From NCBI GenBank assembly GCA_963662265.2, contig CAXXHA010000014.1, positions 21,756 through 85,755 on the forward strand: a DNA stretch of 64,000 bases, in the 5' to 3' direction. Origin of the DNA: Spirochaetia bacterium (GTDB lineage: Bacteria; Spirochaetota; Spirochaetia; CADAEX01). Every line of letters starts with the position of its first letter. Position 1 is the first letter of the stretch. The notes beneath the pieces are model-generated. The model made no database searches, was not told the origin of the DNA, and was given only the letters and a program-made list of their open reading frames with translations. Made by a program: the position numbers and the translations under genes. This document shows, piece after piece, positions 50,195-59,766 of the stretch.

Positions 50195-51644
50195 TATGAT
50201 TTGTAACCAGTTCAGATCCTATCATTGCCATCGGCATTCCAATACCCGGCTGTGTATAATGGCCGGTATAATAAAGGTTTGACAACTTTCTGGAATGGTG
50301 GTCAGGACGGAATAAAGCTGACTGAAAAAGTGTATGGGAAAGTCCCAGTGCGGTACCTTTGTATAGATTACCTTCTTTAAAATGCTTGTGTGTAATAATT
50401 TTCATAGTCTCAATATCTTCAATAAAGCTGCATTCAAGGATTTTTTCAAGATGTCTCAGTATCCTTTCTGAAAAACTTTTAACAGTGTTCTCATCATCAT
50501 CAAGGCCCGGGGCAACCGGGACAAGGATAAAAAGGTTTTCACAGCCTTCCGGTGCTGAATCAGGATCTGTTTTTGAAGGGCATCCTATGTAATAACTGGG
50601 ATTTTCCGGCCATTCAGGTTTTTCGAAAATTGTATCAAAATGTTTTTTCCATTCTTTTGCGAAATAGAAACTGTGATGTGTGAGGTTGTCAATTTTTTTT
50701 CTTATCCCGAGGAAAATAAGCATTACTCCGGGGGCAATAACGCGTGATTTCCAGTATTTGTCTGAATAGTTTCTTAAACGCTTTTCAAGCAGCTCAGAAT
50801 CAGTGTGATGATAATCAGCAGAGGAAAGAAGTATATCACAGGGAACAAAATTTCCTCTCGCATAAACACCGGTAACCTTTCTGTTCTTTGCACAAATATT
50901 CTCAACTTCCTGGTCATACTGGATTTTTACACCGAGATCGGCAGCTAGTTTTTCAAGTGCGTAAACAAGTTGTATAATGCCTCCTTCTGGATAATAAACA
51001 CCTTCAGTAAGATCAGCATGTGCCATGAGTGAAAAAAGGGCAGGAGTTTTAAACGGGCTTGAACCGAGGAAAACAGTGTTGAATTCAACTATTTTTCTAG
51101 CCCTTTCATCAGAAAAATATCTGTTTACAAATTTATTCAGTTTTGAAAAAATATTAAGCTGGAGACCTTTTGTAATCAGGTTGAGACTGAGAAAATCAGA
51201 AAAACTCCTGTAGTCTTTGTAAAGGAATTCATTAACTGCTATCCTATACTTCATTTCAGAATTTTTCAGGAATTTTTCCAGTTTTTGCCCGCCGTTTTTT
51301 TCCAGCTTATCAAATGTTTTCTTGTTTGTTTCAAGGTCAGGATAGAGAACCACAGATCCCCCTTCCTCAAAAAATACTTTATAGGAAGGATTAAGGTGGA
51401 TGAGTTTATAGTAGTCGGAAATATTTTTCCCGAATTTTCTAAAGAAATTTTCAAATACTTCCGGCATGAGATACCAGGTAGGGCCAAGTTCAAATTTATA
51501 ACCATCCTGCTGAACAGCTCTTGCAACTCCGCCGGGTGTTTTATGTTTTTCATAAATTACAACATCATAACCTTTATCTGCAAGGATAGCTGCTGATGAA
51601 AGACCCGCAAGACCCGCACCTATGATTACACATTTTTTTGACAT
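50169..51644 (-). CDS. crtI: Phytoene desaturase (CrtI family)
   Basis: IIGAGLAGL, GGVA...GYKFELGPTWYLMP, YYPEGG, LSHTLFQ...RP, NLYYTG..TQPGIGMPM. Confidence 0.92.
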   Translation of the reverse strand: MSKKCVIIGAGLAGLSSAAILADKGYDVVIYEKHKTPGGVARAVQQDGYKFELGPTWYLMPEVFENFFRKFGKNISDYYKLIHLNPSYKVFFEEGGSVVLYPDLETNKKTFDKLEKNGGQKLEKFLKNSEMKYRIAVNEFLYKDYRSFSDFLSLNLITKGLQLNIFSKLNKFVNRYFSDERARKIVEFNTVFLGSSPFKTPALFSLMAHADLTEGVYYPEGGIIQLVYALEKLAADLGVKIQYDQEVENICAKNRKVTGVYARGNFVPCDILLSSADYHHTDSELLEKRLRNYSDKYWKSRVIAPGVMLIFLGIRKKIDNLTHHSFYFAKEWKKHFDTIFEKPEWPENPSYYIGCPSKTDPDSAPEGCENLFILVPVAPGLDDDENTVKSFSERILRHLEKILECSFIEDIETMKIITHKHFKEGNLYKGTALGLSHTLFQSALFRPDHHSRKLSNLYYTGHYTQPGIGMPMAMIGSELVTNHIIKEQQIE

Positions 51645-51674
51645 TCCAGATCTCCTTATATTTTTTTGTTGATA

Positions 51675-52739
51675 TTAACTGCTCCTGCTTAAGTTGTATT
51701 GAAATAATTTGTTAATTTCTGATTTTGCATCATCGTTGAGTGACTTTATTTTTCTGATTTCATCCAGCATTTTTTCCTGGATTTTTTCAATTTTTTTATC
51801 AATTTGATTAATAATTGAGTATTTAAGCATGAGTTCTCTGAATACATTGATTTCATTTTCATCACATTCCCTGTTTCCGTAAATTGATTTCAGAAGCTGT
51901 TTTTCTTTATCATTGACTTTTTCTTTCAGGTAATGGTAAAAAAGAGTTTTTTTTCCTTCCTTTATATCTGAACCCACAGGTTTTCCAAGCTTAATCTCAT
52001 TACCAAAAATTCCGAGTTCATCATCTTTTATCTGGAAAAGTATACCCAGGTATTCCCCTATCATAGAAAGAGTTTCCACATCGATATCATTTATACCCGA
52101 GAGAATAGCTCCTGTCATAAGTGGAAGAGAAAAGGTGTATCTTCCTGTCTTGAAGCGGTACAGGTTTATGATATCCTCTTCACCTATATTTTCTTCTCCT
52201 GTTCCCCACCAGACATCAATCATCTGGGCCATTCCGACATAAGTCATTTCCTTTGAAACAAGATCTATTATTCTGGTTTTAGTTTCATTATCTGTGTCCA
52301 GGGAATTTAAAATATCTATAGCAATGAAGAAGGCTATATCACCGGTACATATCCCCAGTGAAATTCCTGTATGGAAGGGGTCTTCATGGTTCTGTTCAAG
52401 GGCATCTTTGACAAACTGGTAGAATATTGTATCCGAGCCCCGCCTTTTTGTGTCATTATCCATAATATCATCATGTATCAGGAGTGATGACTGGAGAATT
52501 TCCAGGGCTGCTCCACAGGCTGTAGTATTGCCAGTTTCGAAGTCATCTGAAAAAAGTGAGGCGCTGAAAGATACAAGAGAACCTCTCAGCATCTTTCCTT
52601 TCAGACTGAAATCAAGGATTTTCTTATATACATTGAAGGCAGAAAGTGATTCTATGACCCTGTTTTCAGAGTAATGACAGATATAATTTCTTATAAAGTC
52701 TGAAATAATTGATTTCTGGTTCATAAAAAAAACGTTCAT
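51675..52739 (-). CDS. crtE: Polyprenyl (probably geranylgeranyl) diphosphate synthase
   Basis: GKMLRG, FARM LIHDDIMDND..RRG, KTGRYT, SARM FQIKDD, SDIKEGKKT. Confidence 0.82.
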   Translation of the reverse strand: MNVFFMNQKSIISDFIRNYICHYSENRVIESLSAFNVYKKILDFSLKGKMLRGSLVSFSASLFSDDFETGNTTACGAALEILQSSLLIHDDIMDNDTKRRGSDTIFYQFVKDALEQNHEDPFHTGISLGICTGDIAFFIAIDILNSLDTDNETKTRIIDLVSKEMTYVGMAQMIDVWWGTGEENIGEEDIINLYRFKTGRYTFSLPLMTGAILSGINDIDVETLSMIGEYLGILFQIKDDELGIFGNEIKLGKPVGSDIKEGKKTLFYHYLKEKVNDKEKQLLKSIYGNRECDENEINVFRELMLKYSIINQIDKKIEKIQEKMLDEIRKIKSLNDDAKSEINKLFQYNLSRSS

Positions 52740-53410
52740 TTTACCTCCGATAAAAAGAAAACAGTATTCAATGATATAAAAAAAACTGTCTGAATAAGAA
52801 AATAATATCCCGGCAGTTTTAAATCAGTTTTTATTTTCAAAAAGGAAAAAAGCGATGCGCATATTGCCGCTGTAGTAAACCATGCAAGATAATTTTTCAG
52901 AGGGATGATATTATTTTCCCAGTGCCAGTAATTCATATGTACTGCAGCAGGCTCCATTATGTAATCAAAAAATGTACAGAAAATGGCAGTTGAAATTATT
53001 ATAGAAATATTGCTTTTTATATATTTTTTTAAAATTATGATAATTCCTAGTACAACAATAATCCAGTTGAAACCTATCAGTATAGGGACATCCAGAAAAA
53101 CAGGTCCCAGTATTCTGCTGTAACTGTAGTTGCCGAATATCAAACCTGTGGCTACTCCGGTTGATTCAATAATAAATGTCATAAGATAAGCTGAGACAGT
53201 CCAGCAAAGAAGTCTGCGGTTGTATAGTATTTCTGGAAGCAGAACCAGTATTCCGAAAAAAAGAAGAACATAGGGAGTGATTAAAAGCATTAGATTGTAT
53301 GTTTTGTCAATTGAATGCCCCATTATCCCGAATATAAAAAAACTCAGTATCCACAGAGCTGTTATATGAGGTTTACTGTATATTATCTGAGTTAGTTTTT
53401 TCTCAAGCAT
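52736..53410 (-). CDS. cruF: CruF-like carotenoid 1,2-hydratase (membrane carotenoid biosynthesis protein)
   Basis: E..GV.TG.IFG.Y.Y...LG....VP..IG.NW, D..MEP.A....YW.W, P..NY.AW motifs. Confidence 0.78.
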   Translation of the reverse strand: MLEKKLTQIIYSKPHITALWILSFFIFGIMGHSIDKTYNLMLLITPYVLLFFGILVLLPEILYNRRLLCWTVSAYLMTFIIESTGVATGLIFGNYSYSRILGPVFLDVPILIGFNWIIVVLGIIIILKKYIKSNISIIISTAIFCTFFDYIMEPAAVHMNYWHWENNIIPLKNYLAWFTTAAICASLFSFLKIKTDLKLPGYYFLIQTVFFISLNTVFFLSEVK

Positions 53411-54222
53411 AAAAGGCTGTTTTTTATAATTGTCATAAAAATATATAGTTTTGCTGGCTTCATTTTTTTTCTGTATACAACAAAAGGGTTCTTTTCTATT
53501 TTCCTGGCTGTCCACAGGTAACAGTCTGCAGCTGTTTTTATTGGAATCAGATACCGGTAAGGAATATATTTATAACCTTTTTCAGCTTCTACCTGCCATT
53601 TCCTGTATTTTTCTATCTGTTTCCTGTGAAAATACAGAAATTCTTCCGGGTTTGATGTTACTTCTTCCTCTGAAAGGCTTTTGAGTCTTGTATTTTCAAG
53701 AGGCAGATACTGTCTGTTAAGGTTGTTATCCTCTTTGATGTCACGGATGAAATTTATATACTGCATAGACCTTCCGAGCATTCTTGCAGAATATTCACTT
53801 TCTTCAGGCAGTCCCATGATTTTTGACATGAAAAGGCCTATAACTTCTGCAGATCCGTATATGTATTTAAGTGTTTCTTTTTCATTATGATAAACTCTTT
53901 TTGAAAGATCCATTTCCATGGAATCCAGGAATGCATTTACCCATTCAGGACTGAAATTCTTTTCTTTCATTAAACTAACAAAAGCTGTAATAATTATGTT
54001 GCTGGAGTTTTCCCCGTTAAGACATTTTTCATATGTCTCTCTGAAATTATAGAAGCTTTCCGGGTCCTGCGGAATTTCATCCACATAATCGTCTGCAACA
54101 CGTACAAAAGCATAAAGAACAGTTACTTCATCGCGTATTTTTTCTGGGAAGAAAAGACTTGAATTAAAATAAGTCTTGCTTCCTTTTTTAAATATCTTCT
54201 TGTGGAGCTTTGTTGATTTCAT
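53392..54222 (-). CDS. crtB: Phytoene synthase
   Basis: GSKTYF, LYAFVR.ADD.VD, F..SM.MDL, YIYGSAEVIG, MQ.INF.RDI.ED...R.YLP. Confidence 0.93.
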   Translation of the reverse strand: MKSTKLHKKIFKKGSKTYFNSSLFFPEKIRDEVTVLYAFVRVADDYVDEIPQDPESFYNFRETYEKCLNGENSSNIIITAFVSLMKEKNFSPEWVNAFLDSMEMDLSKRVYHNEKETLKYIYGSAEVIGLFMSKIMGLPEESEYSARMLGRSMQYINFIRDIKEDNNLNRQYLPLENTRLKSLSEEEVTSNPEEFLYFHRKQIEKYRKWQVEAEKGYKYIPYRYLIPIKTAADCYLWTARKIEKNPFVVYRKKMKPAKLYIFMTIIKNSLLCLRKN

Positions 54223-54240
54223 TAACATCTCCTTTAATTC

Positions 54241-55363
54241 TTATGTGGAAAGTGTTCTTTTTTTCCATATAACTCTTTTTATAATATAAGTATTGTATAG
54301 CGATCTAAAAAAAACCAGAAGAAAAAATATAAAATGCAGCGGGTATAGAAATATTAAAAATTTTTTGAAACTGCCTGTTTTAGCTGCTAAATATATGAGC
54401 TGAAACACATACATTGAATAAACCAGAATTGAAGAAAATATCATAGGTATACTGGAAGTGTAGAGAACTGGAATTAGCATACCTATGACCGAGTTCACAA
54501 TGCCTGTTATCCAGATAACTATCGTTAGTATTGTCTTCCAGCCTGTATGAACCGATCCGTAGCCTGTATTTTTTGTCCATCCGTTAATTATTGATTTCAA
54601 TCCTTCAGGATACATCCGGAAAGATAGATCTTTTCCCCCTAAATAGTTTGTTATAGGTATTTGTTTTTCTGCAGCATTAACTGCAAGGCTGATATCATCA
54701 ACATGATTTTCCTTGACCGAAATATGTCCTCCAGATAAATCATAGTGTTTCCTTGATATCATGATACACGGCCCGAAAAGAACAGGATTTTTTTACTGTT
54801 TTTGAAAATAAGGAAAAAGCAGGCGCTGTGATTATTATGTTGAAAAAAAGGGATAAATTTTCGGTAATTTTTCCAATCTTATGAAAAGGCTGGACAGATA
54901 ATATCCCTGATTCATAGTTTGAAATAAGCAAATCAATAAAACCATCATTAAATTCAACATCAGCATCAAGAAAAAGAAGCATGTCTCCAATTGTTTGAGA
55001 TGCTCCTATATGACATGCATAGCTTTTCCCATTCCACTTTTCGGGTTTTTTCTTTACTGAATACACTTGAAAACCTTCTTTCCTGCAGTATTCAGCAGTA
55101 CTGTCTTCTGACTGATCATCGACAATGATAATTTCAAGTTTTTTATATGTCTGTTTTTTCAAAGAATTGAGGAGCGGAGTTATCCTTTTTGCTTCATTTC
55201 TTGCAGGTATAATTACTGATATACATAAATTATTTGCGGCGACTTTGTTTTTCAGGTATTTAACCTTTCTCATGAGGAAAAATCCTGAGAACCAGTAAAA
55301 AAAAGCACTCAGTATTGTAATATTAAAAAATAATATTGTATTGCTGTCCATATATACTATCAT
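54241..55363 (-). CDS. GT2 glycosyltransferase (CruC/CrtQ-like carotenoid glycosyltransferase), split by a +1 frameshift at the A7 run (plus-strand T 54788-54794)
   Basis: IIPARNE, VDDQSED, W.GK, FLDAD in ORF 54740-55363; removing one A joins it to LFGPC..R..Y...GGH, DD..LA, RMY...GW.KN in ORF 54241-54762. Confidence 0.8.
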
Positions 55364-55410
55364 TTTAGTATTAACATTTTCTCATGTAAAATAAATAAAG
55401 AAGAAATCTA

Positions 55411-56364
55411 ATGAAAATATTTAGACCTGCGTCATTTCAGGGAAATATTAAAAATAAAAACAGACAGTATTTCGAAGGATGGTATTTAAAGAATATTTCT
55501 TGTGACAGATCATCCGTTTTTTCAATAATTCCCGGTATTGTAACCGGGAAAAATCCCCATGCTTTTATACAGTTTATTGACGTTATCAGCGGTGAAACTT
55601 TTTATAAATCTTACTCTATAGGTAGTTTTAAACATAGAAAAAGAGAATTCTATTTTTCCATAGATAAAAACATTTTTTCTTCAAATGGAATATTTATGGA
55701 TACAGTTATAAACGATTTTAAATTAAAAAGTGAAATATCTTTCCATGAAAATAAAAATTTTCCTATAAGTTTTTCATCCCCTGGAATTCTGGGATGGTGC
55801 AGTTACATTCCGTTTCTGGAGTGTTATCACAGTATTATTACCATGCATCAAAGAATCAGCGGATATATTAAAATGGGAGATAAATACTACAGCTTAAACA
55901 ACGGGACAGGTTATATTGAAAAAAACTGGGGCAGGAATTTTCCCTCTTCATGGCTATGGTTACAATGCAGCAGTTTTAAAACTGATACAGTTTTTATGCT
56001 GTCTGCAGCAAAAGTCCCATTGTTCAAGTTTTCAAGAAGGGGAGTTGCTGGATTTTTATATCATGAGGGTGAAATAATTCATTTCGGTACATTTTCATCA
56101 GCTGAAATGGAACTGGTTTTATTTGAAAAAAAAAGGATAATTCTTGAAGTATTATTGAAAAATGATTGCAGACTTCAAATTACTGTTATTGTTAATTCTG
56201 GATTTAAATTAAATGCGCCGTATGATGGAGATATGCAACAAAGAATAACTGAAAGTTCTGATTCCTCTGTTGAAATCACTTATACTGATAAAAAAAGATC
56301 TTTTACTGTATATGGTGTGTTTGCAGGAGTTGAAATATGCGGTGAAACTGATGAACTATTTTAG
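55411..56364 (+). CDS. Tocopherol-cyclase-family protein
   Basis: YFEGWYLK, GILGW.SYIPFLECYH, GYIEKNWGRNFPSSW.W.Q motifs. Confidence 0.75.
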   Translation: MKIFRPASFQGNIKNKNRQYFEGWYLKNISCDRSSVFSIIPGIVTGKNPHAFIQFIDVISGETFYKSYSIGSFKHRKREFYFSIDKNIFSSNGIFMDTVINDFKLKSEISFHENKNFPISFSSPGILGWCSYIPFLECYHSIITMHQRISGYIKMGDKYYSLNNGTGYIEKNWGRNFPSSWLWLQCSSFKTDTVFMLSAAKVPLFKFSRRGVAGFLYHEGEIIHFGTFSSAEMELVLFEKKRIILEVLLKNDCRLQITVIVNSGFKLNAPYDGDMQQRITESSDSSVEITYTDKKRSFTVYGVFAGVEICGETDELF

Positions 56365-56383
56365 AAAATACCGGGCAGTATTA

Positions 56384-57181
56384 CTACTCATCGTAATAAT
56401 ACTGCCCGGTATAAATATATTCCGGTTCTGCAGTTATGAAAGTCTCATTATTTATCTGGTCCCATTCTGCAAATGCTTTTGTTCCGAAGAAATTGACAAG
56501 AAGCGAGTTTTCATAACCGTTTAATACAGCGGCTGCCGCACCTGATGAAACAGTAAGAGCATTGTCTGTGTTCATCCTGTTTTTCCAGGCTTTTATCTGG
56601 ATAATATCGGGTGATAATGGTTTGACAAATATGGGCTGGCTCATGGAAAGGGATTCTGATTTCAGTATCTCGTTGTGAATATTTTTAAGAAAATCCTTTG
56701 ACTTGTTATCCGGAAAAAAAACAACTCCTGTTTTTCCAATTCTGACTCTTGTGTACCTGTATGAAAAATTATTGTAAATAAGACTTTCAGCATTTTCAGA
56801 TTCAATGACAGGAGTACCTGTTTTGATTCTGAAATTTGTACTGTCTATAGCTCTTACAGTGTATTCCTTGTTATTATTAATTATATGAATATCTGAATTA
56901 TCAACAGAAAGCCTGTCATAAATATATCTTGATGCTGCAAGAGATGAATCGGCGGAAAAATCATAATATGACCCATCCGGGGCAAAAGTGTGAATTTCCG
57001 ATCTGCTGCTGTCGCTGTCTGTTATGAATATAGTACCGTTTGCGCCTGCGCCGGTATGCCTGTCGCATAATTTAACTGCTATATCCGAAAGTACAGAAAC
57101 ATCAACCGGCTGTTCTTTCCTGAGATCAACCAGGATCAGATCGTTTCTTAATATATGAAGTTTATAAAAACTTATTTCCAA
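56384..57181 (-). CDS. Diaminopimelate-epimerase-like protein lacking both catalytic cysteines
   Basis: FYKLH...ND, LCDRHTGAGANG, F.PDGS match DapF; MCGNG is replaced by FSADS and the ACGTG position reads approximately TVSSG. Confidence 0.7.
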   Translation of the reverse strand: MEISFYKLHILRNDLILVDLRKEQPVDVSVLSDIAVKLCDRHTGAGANGTIFITDSDSSRSEIHTFAPDGSYYDFSADSSLAASRYIYDRLSVDNSDIHIINNNKEYTVRAIDSTNFRIKTGTPVIESENAESLIYNNFSYRYTRVRIGKTGVVFFPDNKSKDFLKNIHNEILKSESLSMSQPIFVKPLSPDIIQIKAWKNRMNTDNALTVSSGAAAAVLNGYENSLLVNFFGTKAFAEWDQINNETFITAEPEYIYTGQYYYDE

Positions 57182-57189
57182 TTCTCTAT

Positions 57190-58527
57190 CTACTCAAAAA
57201 ATGTTTTATGAAGCTTGATAATAGTATCATCAATTTCTTCCTGATTGAGAACCATTGAAAGGTTTACATCGGAAGAACCCAGAGAAATCATCTTTATGGT
57301 TGCAGGTGAAAGTGTATCAAATATTCTTGAAATGAGAGATGAATCTTTCCAGATATTTTTACCTACAAGGCATATTATACCGCAATTCTCTTCAACTGTT
57401 GTTTTCCCTATCATTTCAAGTTCAGCTTTAATTGCTGCAAGGTTTTTTGTATCTTCGATTGTCATTGATACAGAAACCTCTGATGTTGAAATAAGGTCTA
57501 CAGGTGTCTGGTAATTATTGAAGATAGAGAATATTCTCGAAAGAAAACCATATGCATTCAGCATTCTTGAAGAAGTGATGTTGATAAGAGTAATGTTTTT
57601 CTTTCCTGCAATACCAGTAAGACCGGTTGAAGCAGCATCCTTGATAATTCTTGTTCCGGGAGCTTCAGGATTTCCTGTGTTTTTGACAACTACAGGAATT
57701 CTCTTTTCAACTGCAGGCTGTATTGTTGACGGGTGAACAACTTTTGCACCGAAAAATGCAAGCTCTGCTGCTTCCACATAGCTGATAGTTGTCATTGTTT
57801 TTGCTTCTTTTACAAGGCGGGGATCAGTTGTCAGAATTCCGTCAACATCTGTCCATATCTGAACTTCCTCTGCATCAAGAGCAGATCCGTATATTGTTGC
57901 AGTGTAATCGGAACCGCTTCTTCCAAGAGTGGTTGTTGAACCGTCTTCTGTTGAACTTATAAATCCCTGTGCAATAATAAGCTTGTCAGCTTCAGGTTTG
58001 ACTTTTTCCTTTATTTTGATGTCTGTAACAGGATAAAGCGGTAATGCTGCTGAATAGTTGTCATCTGTTATAATAATCTCTCTTGAATCAAGCAGTTCCG
58101 CATTGATTCCCCTCTCAAGAGCTCTGTAGTATATGAGTGTTGTTGAAAGCCTTTCACCAAATGATAAAAGAGTGTCTCTGCTTTTAAGTGTACATTCCTG
58201 AAGCAGAAAAAGACCTCTTGAAAGTGAATGAAGCTGATCAAAAAGATCTGAGATTGTTTCGGAAGCTTTCTTGAGATTGTCGCCTGTGAGAAAAGCTTCT
58301 GCAGTTTTCAGGTGAGTTTTTTTGAGGGTTTCTATGTTGTTGATAATTCCCTCTTTATCTTTTTTTGAAGCGAATTCTGCAATCTCAACAAGCCTGTCAG
58401 TTGTCTTTCCCATAGCGGATGAAATCATTAGAGGGGCAGATTTGATCTGGTTGGCTGCAATATCAATCGCCCTGTCTATCCATTCACTGTTCTGAACTGA
58501 AGTTCCTCCGAATTTTAATACAATCAT
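57190..58527 (-). CDS. lysC: Aspartate kinase (lysine-sensitive type III-like, two ACT domains)
   Basis: KFGGTSV, SFGERLS, TTLGRSGSDYTA, WTDVDG..T.DPR, GAKVVHP, STSEVSVS. Confidence 0.95.
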   Translation of the reverse strand: MIVLKFGGTSVQNSEWIDRAIDIAANQIKSAPLMISSAMGKTTDRLVEIAEFASKKDKEGIINNIETLKKTHLKTAEAFLTGDNLKKASETISDLFDQLHSLSRGLFLLQECTLKSRDTLLSFGERLSTTLIYYRALERGINAELLDSREIIITDDNYSAALPLYPVTDIKIKEKVKPEADKLIIAQGFISSTEDGSTTTLGRSGSDYTATIYGSALDAEEVQIWTDVDGILTTDPRLVKEAKTMTTISYVEAAELAFFGAKVVHPSTIQPAVEKRIPVVVKNTGNPEAPGTRIIKDAASTGLTGIAGKKNITLINITSSRMLNAYGFLSRIFSIFNNYQTPVDLISTSEVSVSMTIEDTKNLAAIKAELEMIGKTTVEENCGIICLVGKNIWKDSSLISRIFDTLSPATIKMISLGSSDVNLSMVLNQEEIDDTIIKLHKTFFE

Positions 58528-58936
58528 TTTTCCTTTCCTGTGCTTTTATTCCGGTATTCTGTTATTTTCAGCGTTATATTACATTAAAATTCAACATAAT
58601 AGAAAGTAATTAATGTTTAAATTGACTACATGTATGTTGTTCTTATATGTAATAACACATCAATATAACTGATTGATTGTTGCTAACATTAATGGTTGTT
58701 TATGTCAATAATGGTAGTTTTACAGCTTATTCACATGGGTAAGCATGGTTTATCCTTTTTAAATTATGCAATATTCTTATATACTTAAATTTCAGTTGTC
58801 AAATTAAACTGCCATTATTCAGAGCAATTGTTTTAATCAGTTTTTATTAAATAAATATTGATTAAAGATGATATGATTAATATTGAATAAGAATTATAAT
58901 AAATTTATTAAATAAAATTTTAACAGGAGGGGTGTC

Positions 58937-59739
58937 TTGAAAAAAGGTTTTTTTGAAAGGGTTCAAAATGTATATAATTCCATTGCGGTATCGAAGAGAG
59001 CTATAAACCGGAAACAGCTGTTGTTCTGGGTTCAGGTTTATCAGAGCTTGTGAATTCATACAGCGGGAAAGAGATATCATTTTCAGAAATAGAGGGATTC
59101 CCGTCTGTTAATATAAAAGGGCATCCCGGGCTTTTCAAGCTTACTGAAAAGGCAGTTCTCATGGCTGGACGAATCCATTTTTATGAGGGTCACAGTATCG
59201 AGGATGTGATACTTCCTGTTGCTCTTCTGTGGAAAATGGGAGTTGAAAAAATAGTTCTTACAAATGCTGCCGGGGGGGTGAAACAGGAGTTTTGTTCCCG
59301 GAGACCTTGCTCTCCTGACAGATCATATAAACCTGACAGGCCAGAACCCGCTTATCGGGCGGAATGAGGGATTTGAAGGGGCCAGGTTCCCTGATATGAG
59401 CAAGGTTTATCGATGAGGAAATCAATAAAAAAGCACTTGCAATTGATCCTGAGTTGAGAAAAGGGGTATATGCAGGGTTTACAGGCCCTTCCTATGAAAC
59501 TCCTGCTGAAATCAGGATGCTTGAAACAATCGGCGCAGACATGGTTGGAATGTCTACAGTAAACGAGGCTATTGCTGCAAAATACCTTGGTATGAAAGTT
59601 GCCGGAATATCCTGTATAACAAATATGGCTGCAGGTATTCTTGATCAGCCCCTGGATCACAGTGAAGTTGTCGAGACAGGGGAAAAAGGTTAATAAACGG
59701 TTTATAAACCTTGTAAGCAGGCTTCTTGAAGAAATATAA
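58937..59739 (+). CDS. punA: Purine-nucleoside phosphorylase (trimeric type), interrupted by about four frameshifts (probable sequencing errors)
   Basis: Frame-joined motifs AVVLGSGL, GH.G, GRIHFYEG, TNAAGG, DHINL...NPL.G, RFPDM, GPSYETPAE, VGMST, SCITN.AAG; AGGAGG RBS before TTG 58937. Confidence 0.82.
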
Positions 59740-59766
59740 AAATATCAGGAACATACCGGAATAATT

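Noticed and set aside
58530-58930. Lysine riboswitch upstream of lysC
   Set aside because: The region is very AT-rich and I could not find the L-box conserved segments or pairing stems
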